Assembly: GCA_050952645.1 (NCBI GenBank)
Contig: JBMNLI010000017.1
Location: 256,001-320,000, forward strand
DNA from: Bdellovibrionota bacterium
Lineage (GTDB): Bacteria; Bdellovibrionota_C; UBA2361; CAKMMH01
DNA: 64,000 nt
Direction of reading: 5' to 3'
The position numbers and the translations under genes were made by a program. This document shows positions 1 to 9,739 of this stretch, one piece after another (positions within the stretch are counted from its first letter, which is position 1; each line of letters opens with the position of its first letter). The notes beneath the pieces were generated by a model. It saw only the letters and a list, made by a program, of their open reading frames with translations, ran no database searches and was not told where the DNA came from.

Positions 1-342
1 ACACAAAGGATCGTTTAAAGGCGGCTTTAAAGAATACTCAACTCCGAATTCATACCCATCGATAACTACAAAAGCTAGCGCAGGGTCGTCTGCACTATGA
101 AGCCAAGAAAAAGGCGCTTTATGTTCAAGCATTACAAACTCAGTGTTTTTAGGAAAACCTATAAGCCCAGAGGGAAAGTAAATTAAACTTTCCTTTGGAA
201 CCTTTAAATCACCAAAGCGTAAACTTTTTATAATTATTTCTTCTTTAGAATTTTCAGTATTACTTTCTGCATCACTTTCTACACTATTTTCTGCATTATA
301 TGCCACACTACTTTCACATTCATTTTTTACATTTTCACACAT
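1..342 (-). CDS. fliW: Flagellar assembly factor FliW (3' end runs off the window)
   Basis: Not in ORF track; hand translation from ATG at 342: MCENV...IKSLRFGDLKVPKESLIYFPSGLIGFPKNTEFVMLEHKAPFSWLHSADDPALAFVVID. Carries the FliW motifs (RFG, FPxGLxGF, WLxS, LAFVV) and lies directly downstream of csrA. Confidence 0.92.
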   Translation of the reverse strand, partial: MCENVKNECESSVAYNAENSVESDAESNTENSKEEIIIKSLRFGDLKVPKESLIYFPSGLIGFPKNTEFVMLEHKAPFSWLHSADDPALAFVVIDGYEFGVEYSLKPPLNDPLC

Positions 343-379
343 AAAGACTTGCCTACCCAAAAAATATTATTTCTAAATA

Positions 380-673
380 TCACTTCTTAGAAACTACGAG
401 CTTATTTAACTTAGCACTGCTACATTTTTTGTCTTTATTTTCATCGATATATTGGTCTAATACATTAAGCTCTTGTCCACTTTCTAAAGGAGAACTAGCG
501 GCAACCTTATTTTCTTCTAATATTTGTAAATATATTTCTTCTCTATATATTTTATAATTATAAGGCGCATCTACACCTATTCTTGCCTGACTCCCCTTTA
601 CATCGAGGACGATAATCTTTATATCATCACCAACAAAAATACTTTCACCAGCTTTTCTCGTTAATATAAGCAT
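380..673 (-). CDS. csrA: Carbon storage regulator CsrA with C-terminal extension
   Basis: [37 protein letters not shown]...IYREEIY. The extended C-terminus is typical of FliW-associated CsrA. Confidence 0.96.
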   Translation of the reverse strand: MLILTRKAGESIFVGDDIKIIVLDVKGSQARIGVDAPYNYKIYREEIYLQILEENKVAASSPLESGQELNVLDQYIDENKDKKCSSAKLNKLVVSKK

Positions 674-847
674 CTTTTGCCTTCCTTGGCTAAAACAATA
701 AAATAAACAATATAAATAAAATACATTAGAAGCTTATAAAAAAAATGAAATTTTTACAATAGTAATGTTTCAAAATAGTTTAGATCGCTATTTTACCGCT
801 ATATTATCACCTAATTATCACACATTATTACCAAATTATCACTATTT

Positions 848-863
848 TGGCACTATTTATGCA
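848..863 (+). promoter_or_regulatory. sigma54 (-24/-12) promoter upstream of lytic transglycosylase
   Basis: TGGCACTATTTATGCA: GG-N10-GC, close to consensus TGGCAC-N5-TTGCW, 70 nt before the ATG. Confidence 0.8.
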
Positions 864-932
864 TAAAATTAAGCTATATAGCCATATTTTTTTATTTTTA
901 TAAATATTATTTTAAATTATTTCTAAAAAACG

Positions 933-2015
933 ATGCGTATAAATTTCGATTCTAACTACAACGATATAAAGAAAATTTTAAGGTCTTACGATAACCTAAA
1001 CTCTATCTCTAATAAAAACTCTAATAAAAAAGAACTTTCTCTTAATAATACTCTTAATAACACTTTTGATAACACCTTTAATAATACGCTACAAGATGTT
1101 TTAACTAATGATGAAAATCTAATAAAAACGAGCGCTAATAATATGAAGCAAGATAGCATTCAAAATAATGCTAAAGGTAGTAGCTGTGCAAAAACTAAAT
1201 TAAGCTTTATTGAAAATGATATAAATGAGCAAAATTTATTTACTCTAAATTTAGAAGATTTTGAACTAGAAAAAGCAGATATTTTAAATAGCAAAGTTAA
1301 GTTTAATAATCATTATAACGTACTAGAAAATAGCTTTAGAAATGATATCGATGATTTTGATAGCGATTTTGATAACGATTTCGATAATGAAAATAATGTC
1401 AAAACACCGACCATCGTTTCTGCAAAAAGAATATCATCTGACAATAATTTGTCATTGAATAATAATTTTAAAGCAAACGTAAATAGAATAGATAAAAAAA
1501 TAATATCAAAAATAATAAAAGATGAGGGAAAAAGACAAGGGATAGACCCTGCACTAGCGTTAGCCGTTGCTAAAGTAGAATCATCTATGAACCCTATGGC
1601 TGTAAGCACAGATGGTCATTACAGTAAAGGCTTATTCCAACTTTTAGATAACACTGGAAAAGAACTTATGGCAAACTTTGCCAATTACGAGCACTACTCC
1701 CCTTATGATATAGAACAAAACTCTACTTTAGGTATAAATTACTTAAGAGAACTGCATCAAACTTTCTCTAAAGTAAATACATTAAGCAATAATGCAACGA
1801 CAAATATAGCACTAGATGCCGACTCGCTAGAAAAATTCGCAATAGCGGCCTTTAATGCTGGGCAAGGACGAGTAGCTAGCGCTCAAGAAAAAGCTTTAAG
1901 AGATGGAAAAGACCCAAGAGTGTTTGAAAATGTTTATGAATACCTACCTAACATAACTAAAGATTACGTAAGAAAAGTTTTAGCTACACGTGATGAGTTT
2001 TCAAGAAATATTTAG
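933..2015 (+). CDS. Lytic transglycosylase (SLT domain) with low-complexity N-terminus
   Basis: C-terminal SLT motifs AVAKVESS (catalytic Glu), KGLFQL, AAFNAG and TKDYV; Asn/Asp-rich N-terminal half. Confidence 0.88.
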   Translation: MRINFDSNYNDIKKILRSYDNLNSISNKNSNKKELSLNNTLNNTFDNTFNNTLQDVLTNDENLIKTSANNMKQDSIQNNAKGSSCAKTKLSFIENDINEQNLFTLNLEDFELEKADILNSKVKFNNHYNVLENSFRNDIDDFDSDFDNDFDNENNVKTPTIVSAKRISSDNNLSLNNNFKANVNRIDKKIISKIIKDEGKRQGIDPALALAVAKVESSMNPMAVSTDGHYSKGLFQLLDNTGKELMANFANYEHYSPYDIEQNSTLGINYLRELHQTFSKVNTLSNNATTNIALDADSLEKFAIAAFNAGQGRVASAQEKALRDGKDPRVFENVYEYLPNITKDYVRKVLATRDEFSRNI

Positions 2016-2230
2016 AATAGAAATTTAAATAAGAATTTATAGAATAAACATTTTAGTAAAACATTTTAGTAAAATACTTTAATAAAACTTAAATAAAAGT
2101 GCGAAGAACATCTACAAAAAATTATAAATAAAATGTCTACTGTTTACACAACATCAAAAAATATTATAAAATCATAATTCTTTAAAAAAATAAAAAAATG
2201 GAGAGTTTTATTTATAATGGATAAGATATA

Positions 2231-3475
2231 ATGGATAAAAAAAGAGTCGTAATAACTGGCTTAGGTTGCGTGTGTCCGTGTGGGAATAACGTATTAGATA
2301 CTTGGAAAAATATTGTAAATGGAAATTCTGGAATAGATTACATTACTCAATTTTGCACGGATGATTTTCCAATAAAAATAGCAGGAAGCGTTAAAAATTT
2401 TAGAACAGAAGATTACATAGAACCAAAACAAATAAAAAAAACAGACTATTTTACTAGATTTGCTATCGCTGCTAGCAAACAAGCTATGCAGGATGCAAAA
2501 TTAAGTGGAACTTCAACTTATAAGCCTGAAAGGATGGGTTGCATCTTAGGTATAGGAACTAGTGGCATTCGAGTATTAGAAAAATATTGCGATGCTTATA
2601 GAGAGGGTGGCGCAAAAAAAATATCGCCTTTTTTAGTCCCTGCTCTTATAAGCAATTTAGCAGCTGGTAATTTAGCAATAGAACATGGGTTAAAAGGGAT
2701 AAATTACGTTATAACTAGTGCATTTGCTTCATCTGCTCATGCTATTGGGGAGTCTTATAGAATGATTAGAGATGGCAATCACGATGTAATGCTAACTGGC
2801 GGAGCAGAAAGTATCATTACGCCTCTAGCACTCGGTAGCTTTGCAGCTATGAAAGCACTTGCAACGAAAAGCGATGACCCCAAGCGCGTCTCTAGACCTT
2901 TCGATGCTAAAAGAGATGGCTTTGTAATGAGCGAGGGCGGAATAATTTTAGTTTTAGAAGAGTATGAAAAAGCTAAACGTAGAGGTGCTAACATTTACGC
3001 CGAGATAATTGGTTATGGTTTTTCTTGTGATGCTTACCATATAACGGCATTACCTAAAAATGCAACGGGGGCTATCGCTTGCATGAATATGGCATTAAAA
3101 AATGCTGACATAAAAAAAGAAGATATCGACTATATAAATGCTCACGGCACTTCTACACCTATGAATGATAAGACTGAAACTCTTGCTATAAAAAAAGTTT
3201 TTGGAGAACACGCCTACAAATTAAGCGTTAGCTCTACAAAGTCTACTACGGGACATTTGTTAGGAGCTGCTGGTGCTATCGAGGCTTTAGTTTGTGCATT
3301 AGTTATAAAAAATAATATTATTCCACCTACTATAAATTTAGAAAATAAAGATCCACTTTGCGATTTAGATTATACGCCGAATATATATAAAGAAAAAAAC
3401 GTAAGATACGCCCTTTCTAATTCATTTGGTTTCGGAGGAACTAACGCAAGCATTATTTTCAAAAAGTGTAGTTGA
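2231..3475 (+). CDS. fabF: Beta-ketoacyl-ACP synthase II (FabF) family protein with catalytic Cys replaced by Phe
   Basis: RVVITGLG, SRPFD-RDGFVMSEG, NAHGTST, KS-TGHLLGAAG and SNSFGFGGTN are present, but TSAFASS stands in place of T(S)ACAS. Confidence 0.88.
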   Translation: MDKKRVVITGLGCVCPCGNNVLDTWKNIVNGNSGIDYITQFCTDDFPIKIAGSVKNFRTEDYIEPKQIKKTDYFTRFAIAASKQAMQDAKLSGTSTYKPERMGCILGIGTSGIRVLEKYCDAYREGGAKKISPFLVPALISNLAAGNLAIEHGLKGINYVITSAFASSAHAIGESYRMIRDGNHDVMLTGGAESIITPLALGSFAAMKALATKSDDPKRVSRPFDAKRDGFVMSEGGIILVLEEYEKAKRRGANIYAEIIGYGFSCDAYHITALPKNATGAIACMNMALKNADIKKEDIDYINAHGTSTPMNDKTETLAIKKVFGEHAYKLSVSSTKSTTGHLLGAAGAIEALVCALVIKNNIIPPTINLENKDPLCDLDYTPNIYKEKNVRYALSNSFGFGGTNASIIFKKCS

Positions 3476-3543
3476 TAAAAAACAATTTAAAATTTCTAAT
3501 TAACTAAAGGTCTCTAATGCAACGTGAGGCTCTATAAATTTTT

Positions 3544-3785
3544 AGCTCTTCACATTTTGAGTGGGTTAGAGTCTATCTTCTAATGTAAATTGACAAAATA
3601 ATAGTTAATTTTATTGGCAAAAATAAACATTAGAGTTATTAGGAAAAGTTATCCATAACTGATAGCCTGGCCTAGCAATTAAAAGCTAAAGGTCAAGCTG
3701 TCAGGCTGTGGATAACTTTCACAAAGACCCCATTAAACAAAATTGCGTTTTGGTTCTCTCGGCCCCACCTAAAACGTGAAGAACC
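3544..3785. mobile_element. MITE family 1, copy A
   Basis: Terminal inverted repeats AGCTCTTCACATTTTGAGTGGG ... CCCACCTAAAACGTGAAGAACC; flanks AAATTTTT/ATTTTTTT (imperfect duplication). Confidence 0.75.
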
Positions 3786-3947
3786 ATTTTTTTAAAATGG
3801 CATAATTTTCTCTATCGCTTTAAAAAAATTTTTATTTTTTTATATCTTTTTATATCTTTTAAAATCTTACTATTTATACCTTTTTACAGCTTTAAAAACG
3901 CTTCCTTTAAAAAAAATCTTTAAAAACTTTTTCGCTTTTTAAAAACT

Positions 3948-3963
3948 TGGCAAAGCTTTTGCA
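3948..3963 (+). promoter_or_regulatory. sigma54 promoter upstream of tandem flagellins
   Basis: TGGCAAAGCTTTTGCA, GG-N10-GC. Confidence 0.78.
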
Positions 3964-4103
3964 AGATTGCTTTATAAATACGGTTCGCTAGGAAATAAAT
4001 TCCTAAAAAAGAAAAAAGGATTTTGAAATACTTTTTTATTTAGTTATTTATTTAGTTATTTATTTAATTACATAATTTATTTAAGCCAAGGAGAGCAAGC
4101 AAA

Positions 4104-4967
4104 ATGACTATAAATATTAGAACGAATGTCGCATCATTAGTATCGCAAAGAAACTTAGATAGTAGCACAGCGAGTATAAACTCTGCTTATGAAAGATTAT
4201 CATCGGGTCTTAGAATTAACCATGCTAGAGACGATGCTGCAGGTCTTGCAATTGCAGAGAGTTTAAAAGCTGATGCAAAAGTTGCATCCGTTGGTATTAG
4301 AAATGCAAACGATGGCATCTCTATTATTTCTATTGCCGACCAGGCGATAGGACAAATCGGAAATGTGCTTAGTAGATTAGCAGAGCTTGCTCAACAATCT
4401 GCAAATGGTGTGTATAGCAATACTCAACGTTCAGCACTAGCAAACGAGTTTGTAGCATTAACATCGGAAATTGAAAGAATTGCCGTAACGACATCATTTA
4501 ACAAATTACAATTATTAAGCGGTGGTGGTGAGGTTGTATTCCAAGTAGGTTTCGATGGAAGTTCAACTTCGCAAGTAAGTTATAAGGGAGTAGCAGCTAC
4601 TCTCGAGGCTCTAGGGCTTGCAGATGAGGGGACATCAAATGTAAATGTTTCCATTATTGCAGATACCGATTTAGCTTCTCAATCTGCTGCGCGTATCGCT
4701 CTAGATGCGATAAATAATGCTATTGCATCTTGTTCGAGAAATAGAGGAACTCTTGGTGCTGCTGAGGCAAGACTAGAGGTTACTATCAGCAACTTACAAG
4801 TTGCGAGAGAAAACTTTAGAGCTGCAGAAAGCCGTATCCGTGATGTTGACGTTGCTTCTGAAGCAGCTGAGCTGACAAGATTAAATATCTTACAACAAGC
4901 AGGTTCAGCAGTGCTTGCACAAGCTAACTCTCAACCTCAATTAGCATTACAATTATTACGTTCATAA
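4104..4967 (+). CDS. fliC: Flagellin (minimal, 287 aa)
   Basis: ERLSSGLRIN-A-DDAAGLAI at the N-terminus and SRIRDVDVA-E...ILQQAG-AVLAQAN at the C-terminus. Confidence 0.97.
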   Translation: MTINIRTNVASLVSQRNLDSSTASINSAYERLSSGLRINHARDDAAGLAIAESLKADAKVASVGIRNANDGISIISIADQAIGQIGNVLSRLAELAQQSANGVYSNTQRSALANEFVALTSEIERIAVTTSFNKLQLLSGGGEVVFQVGFDGSSTSQVSYKGVAATLEALGLADEGTSNVNVSIIADTDLASQSAARIALDAINNAIASCSRNRGTLGAAEARLEVTISNLQVARENFRAAESRIRDVDVASEAAELTRLNILQQAGSAVLAQANSQPQLALQLLRS

Positions 4968-5031
4968 TGTAAGTTTAATAAAAAATATTTTTATAGGGTT
5001 GTTTATTTTAGGTTTTAAAAGGATTTAGAAA

Positions 5032-5892
5032 ATGACACTTAATATTAGAACAAATATGCCGTCGGTTACTGCTCAAAAGAATTTAAATGCTACGGGTGGT
5101 AGACTTCAAACTGCTTATGAAAGACTTTCATCTGGATTAAGAATTAACCATGCTCGTGATGATGCTGCTGGTCTTGCTATTGCAGAAAGCTTAAAAGCCG
5201 ATTCAAAAGTTGCTTCAGTTGGTATAAGAAACGCAAACGACGCAATATCAATTATCAACATTACAGATGGAGCGGTAGGACAAATAACGAATGTTCTAAG
5301 TAGACTTAGTGAGCTAGCACAGCAATCTGCTAACGGCGTGTATAGCAATTCACAACGTTCTGCATTACAACTTGAGTTTACGGCATTATTAAGTGAAGTG
5401 GAGCGTATCGCTTATACTACCGAGTTTAACGGACTTAATCTTTTAAGCAACGGCGCTACGGTAACGTTCCAAGTTGGCTTTGATGGTTCTTCTTTATCGC
5501 AAATTAAATATGATGGAGTAGGAGCAACATTACAACACTTAGGACTAGCTCCCGAGGGGACTTCTGTTCATAAGTTCTCTATAACTGGTGATACCCCAGA
5601 GGCTTCTCAGTCTGCCGCAAGAAACGCACTCGATGCGATACAAACTGCTATAGACTCGGTAACTAGAGGAAGAGGTATTTTAGGTTCTGCGGAGTCTAGA
5701 CTAGAAACTACTATTCAAAATCTACAAGTAGCTAGAGAAAACTTTATCGCAGCTGAAAGTAGGATTCGTGATGTCGATGTAGCAGAAGAGGCTGCTAACC
5801 TTGCATCTGCAAATATATTACAACAAGCAGGAACTGCAATTTTAGCTCAAGCTAATTTACAACCACAATTAGCACTTCAATTGCTTCAATAG
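5032..5892 (+). CDS. fliC: Flagellin (minimal, 286 aa)
   Basis: Same conserved flagellin N- and C-terminal motifs; tandem paralog. Confidence 0.97.
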   Translation: MTLNIRTNMPSVTAQKNLNATGGRLQTAYERLSSGLRINHARDDAAGLAIAESLKADSKVASVGIRNANDAISIINITDGAVGQITNVLSRLSELAQQSANGVYSNSQRSALQLEFTALLSEVERIAYTTEFNGLNLLSNGATVTFQVGFDGSSLSQIKYDGVGATLQHLGLAPEGTSVHKFSITGDTPEASQSAARNALDAIQTAIDSVTRGRGILGSAESRLETTIQNLQVARENFIAAESRIRDVDVAEEAANLASANILQQAGTAILAQANLQPQLALQLLQ

Positions 5893-6068
5893 GAGATAAG
5901 CTAAATAGTAAATCTAAATAATAAAAGTTCTCTTTTTTAGATACATGATTTAGATATACGATTTAAAAATATATCTTACAAAGAGAACTTCTATATTTAA
6001 CTCTTCAATTAACTTAAGAAAAATAACTAAAAAAATAACTAAAATAATCAAGTAAAAAAATTTAAATT

Positions 6069-6401
6069 CTATCTTAAGAATGCTAATCTTTCTTGTATAT
6101 TTTCATCTTCTGATGATTCTTCATACAGACGTAAATTATTTTGCAAGAACGCAGGATCTAAATCTAATTGAAGTGCAATCCATGCGAAACTAAATGGAAC
6201 CTTTGGGGTAAGCTCGCTAAAGATCCATTGTCTTGCACTTCTTATAACGTGGCGCTCACAACGAGCAGAACCGAAAGCATCACAAATTGCTCTTGATAAA
6301 ACTGCTGCTAATAAATTTCTTTCGGGTTTAATTGAGGAGTGATTATCTTGTGAATCTTGATATTCTGAATCAAAATAATTCGTATATGATAAATTACTCA
6401 T
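6069..6401 (-). CDS. Conserved hypothetical protein
   Basis: 110 aa with AAGGAG SD. The pattern PERNLLAAVL...ARQWI...PFSFAWI..LDLDP looks like a genuine small folded protein; function unknown. Confidence 0.75.
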   Translation of the reverse strand: MSNLSYTNYFDSEYQDSQDNHSSIKPERNLLAAVLSRAICDAFGSARCERHVIRSARQWIFSELTPKVPFSFAWIALQLDLDPAFLQNNLRLYEESSEDENIQERLAFLR

Positions 6402-7344
6402 ATTTAATAATCTCCTTATAACTTGAGGTTAATAAGCTATTTATAGCTCTTATGTGTTTTAACTTTTCTTTATCTTTCTTTATATTTCTTTATCAACTTT
6501 TTCGTATTAAATAAAACTCGATATTAAATAAAACAAATTAAATAAAACAAATTAAGTAAAACTTATAAGAAGCTAATTTAATTTTAAAGCAATTTTTTAT
6601 TTATGTTTTTTAAATATATTATTAAAAATATAATGCTTAAAAAACACACTATTCAAAATGTATCGCTTAAAGTTATATTCCTAGACTTAAAATAACCTTA
6701 ACCTATAAAATTCTAAATTTAAATTTTCAAAAATTTAAAATATTTTAAAATTAAAATTAAAAAATGATAAAATTAACTAAATTATTAACTTATAACCTCA
6801 ACTTACAATATACAATTACAGTAAACCAATTCTTAACAAAAATTCGTAATAAATAATTAAAATCTTATAAAAAACAAATAATAACAAATAATTAGGTGGT
6901 GTTACTTTAAGTCAACTAAACTAACACAACCCTATTTTTATAATTTTATTTTAAAATAGTCAAGAAAAATCGGGGAATATTTTAAAAAAACGAAAAACTT
7001 AACTTTTCTATTAAAATTTTCAAAGCAAATTACCTACAATTTAAAGCATAACGCATTGAATTTATTGCAGATTTTCTCTGAAAAGAAAAAACCTTGCAAG
7101 CTTTGCATATAAAACGCTGTTTTATTAGCACATGTAATTATACTTTAATTTTTATAATAATTTTTAAAACAATCTTTTAAATAGTTTTTTAAAAATATAT
7201 TATTGAAAACGTTTTACTTTTTAGATAATTTTGTATATACTTACGCTCGTATTTTAAGTTTATAATTTATATTTTATCACAATCGTTTTAAATTTAATTA
7301 ATTTTTGATTTTAATTTTGATTTTAAATAGAAAGGAATTTTTGA

Positions 7345-7878
7345 ATGAAAAATAAGCTGTTTATTAGCAATTTAGACTTTAGCATAACGCAAGATCAGCT
7401 AGAAGATATTTTTAGTGAAATAGGAAGCTATGTAAGCATCGTTATCGCAACGGATAAAGATGCACGCTCGAGAGGTTTTGCTTTTATAGAAATGAAAGAT
7501 GAAGAAACTGCTCAAAAAGCTATCGATGCTTTAAATAATAAAGAAATAAATGGTCGCCCTATGAAGGTAAATTTTGACCGTGGCAAAAACCAAGACAATA
7601 TAAAAGCAAATGAGAGACAGCGAGGGCAACGCCAAGAGCAATTGCCACCTATTCAAAGAATGCAATTGTTTAAAAAGAAGAAAAAATTAGATCCGTTTAT
7701 AGAGGATCCAAATCTTAAGATTGATTATAGAGATGCTCCTTTGCTTTCCAAGTTCGTTAGTGAGAAAGGAAAAATTCTTTCTAGAAAACTAACTGGCTTA
7801 ACTGCACATAATCAAAGAAAAGTTTCAAAAGCTATAAAGCGTTCTCAAAGTTTAGGACTTATGCCTTATAGCAGTTAG
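7345..7878 (+). CDS. rpsR: RRM domain fused to ribosomal protein bS18
   Basis: N-terminal RNP2 KLFISNL and RNP1 RGFAFIEM; C-terminal IDYRD..LLSKFVSEKGKILSRKLTG..AHNQRKVSKAIKRSQSLGLMPY is S18. Confidence 0.9.
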   Translation: MKNKLFISNLDFSITQDQLEDIFSEIGSYVSIVIATDKDARSRGFAFIEMKDEETAQKAIDALNNKEINGRPMKVNFDRGKNQDNIKANERQRGQRQEQLPPIQRMQLFKKKKKLDPFIEDPNLKIDYRDAPLLSKFVSEKGKILSRKLTGLTAHNQRKVSKAIKRSQSLGLMPYSS

Positions 7879-7926
7879 TATTTTTTCCTCCTTTAAAAAA
7901 AATACAATCTACCCTTATTTAATTTC

Positions 7927-7970
7927 AAAAAGGGGAACGTAGTTAAAAAAATTATGTTCCCCTTTTTTTT
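7927..7970 (+). terminator. Intrinsic terminator (possibly bidirectional)
   Basis: AAAAAGGGGAAC...GTTCCCC followed by a T run, between convergent genes. Confidence 0.8.
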
Positions 7971-8008
7971 ATTCTTTTATCCTTTTATTCTTTAATGTGA
8001 TTTAAATT

Positions 8009-8233
8009 GGTTCTTCACGTTTTAGGTGGGTTAGGAAAATTGTTTTTGGGGGTTAGCTTAAAAGAAAATTGGCTTTTATAGAAAACTATCTATAGTTTAA
8101 AGAAAAATTACAACTATACTTAAAGTATTTTATATTTAGCAAAATTTTTTTAAAGACAATTTTCTTTTTGAGTTCCGTGAGATGAATGATGATAATTTTA
8201 AGAACTTAAAATCTTCTAAAAATATGAAAAACT
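8009..8233. mobile_element. MITE family 1, copy B (right end decayed)
   Basis: GGTTCTTCACGTTTTAGGTGGGTTAGGAAAATTG left end; interior similar to the copy at 34052 (TAGCTTAAAA..AAATTGGCTTT). Confidence 0.7.
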
Positions 8234-8276
8234 AAAATATCATAACGAGTATAGAAATTATAGCCTTAAAACTTTA

Positions 8277-9575
8277 CTACTGCCCCGTAACTGCAATAAC
8301 AGACTTCCAAAGATCGCCATCTGCTTTTACTTGTTTCTTTTTACCTACCATCATTTTAAAAGGTATGTTCACAAAATGCTCATTTATAATTCCTACCGCC
8401 ATATTAGTTTTCCCAGTCATAGCAGCATGAACCGCATTTTGCCCGAGTACTAAACAGAATTCCGAATCGGCAGAATTTGCAAGTTGGTTTCTTATAATAT
8501 AGCTAGGGTCGATATATTTTACGGTATGTTCAATATTTTCTTTCGTTAGATACTCTTTAATTTTTTCTTTTAAAAATAACCCAATATCTCCCATCTTTTG
8601 ATTGCCCGATAAATCCTTACCTATCTTCTCTTTATCAAAAAATTTTTGCCCAGCGCCTTCCGCTACAACGATAACGGCGTGTTGCTTATTTAAGAGCCGT
8701 TTTTTTAATTGCTCTAAAAGCCCATTTTTGCCGTCTATATCGAAATCTACCTCAGGAATTAAGCAAAAGTTTACACAACCCGAAGCAAGCGTTACGTGCG
8801 TTGCGATAAATCCAGACTCACGCCCCATAATCTTAACTATGCCAATTCCATTATAAGCAGCTCTCGCTTCAGTGTGAGCCGAATAGACGGCCGTTCTAGC
8901 ATCTCCAACGGCAGTTAAAAATCCAAAACTCCTACTAGTCCAGCATATATCGTTATCGATAGTTTTAGGAACACCAACTATTGAAATTTTTAGTTTTCTT
9001 TCTCTTATTCTTTTTGAAAGAGCCATGCCACCTTTTAAAGTTCCATCTCCTCCGATAACAAATAGTATATTAACCTCATATTTTAATAGAGTATCTATCA
9101 TATCATCTTCATCTTGAGGCCCTCGAGAGGTTCCTAAAATCGTTCCACTTGCATTTGAAATATCTTTTACAGACTCTTCAGTAAGCTCTACTGGCTCATA
9201 CTTAGACGATGAACTTAAGCCCTTAAATCCATACATAAAACCTAAAACTTTTTTTACTTTATAATGTTTTAAAGCCGTTATGCTTACCGCCTGAATAACA
9301 TCGTTAAGCCCAGGGCAAAGCCCCCCACAAGTTACTATCCCACATATAGTATTTTTAGGATCGAAATATATTTTTTTTTGCGACCCCGCTTTTTCAAACA
9401 TAGGAATCGCATTTAAAGTTTTTAAGTGGTAATCGAACTCTTCTTTCCTACCATAAATTATTACTCTCTCGCTAGGTGATATAAAATTAGCCTTTTTAGG
9501 ATCTAAAGGCGATTTTATCTTACATTCTCCTAAAACTTCTATTTCTGTATCTTTAATGTTTTTAATTTTTTCCAT
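8277..9575 (-). CDS. pfkA: ATP-dependent 6-phosphofructokinase
   Basis: TCGGLCPGLNDVI, GTILGTSRG, IGGDGT (Gly = ATP-type), PKTIDND and MGRESG motifs. Confidence 0.93.
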   Translation of the reverse strand: MEKIKNIKDTEIEVLGECKIKSPLDPKKANFISPSERVIIYGRKEEFDYHLKTLNAIPMFEKAGSQKKIYFDPKNTICGIVTCGGLCPGLNDVIQAVSITALKHYKVKKVLGFMYGFKGLSSSSKYEPVELTEESVKDISNASGTILGTSRGPQDEDDMIDTLLKYEVNILFVIGGDGTLKGGMALSKRIRERKLKISIVGVPKTIDNDICWTSRSFGFLTAVGDARTAVYSAHTEARAAYNGIGIVKIMGRESGFIATHVTLASGCVNFCLIPEVDFDIDGKNGLLEQLKKRLLNKQHAVIVVAEGAGQKFFDKEKIGKDLSGNQKMGDIGLFLKEKIKEYLTKENIEHTVKYIDPSYIIRNQLANSADSEFCLVLGQNAVHAAMTGKTNMAVGIINEHFVNIPFKMMVGKKKQVKADGDLWKSVIAVTGQ

Positions 9576-9739
9576 ATAATACGTATTATCGGTTTAATTA
9601 AAAAAGATGTTAAGGCAAATTTTTATTTCACACAACTAAACGTTTTTATTACACATTTAATAAGTTTATTTTACTTACTTTAAACGTTTTTTTGAATATA
9701 TTTTTTTATATATTTTTTATATATTTTTAAGGCGAAAAA

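Noticed and set aside
3645..3719. Replication origin (oriC)
   Set aside because: Only two DnaA-box-like 9-mers, forming the arms of a hairpin inside a MITE; no dnaA/dnaN context or box cluster.
6402..7344. tRNA or ncRNA in the 940-bp AT-rich spacer
   Set aside because: Only a weak hairpin near 6895-6935 and microduplications; no cloverleaf or recognisable RNA family.
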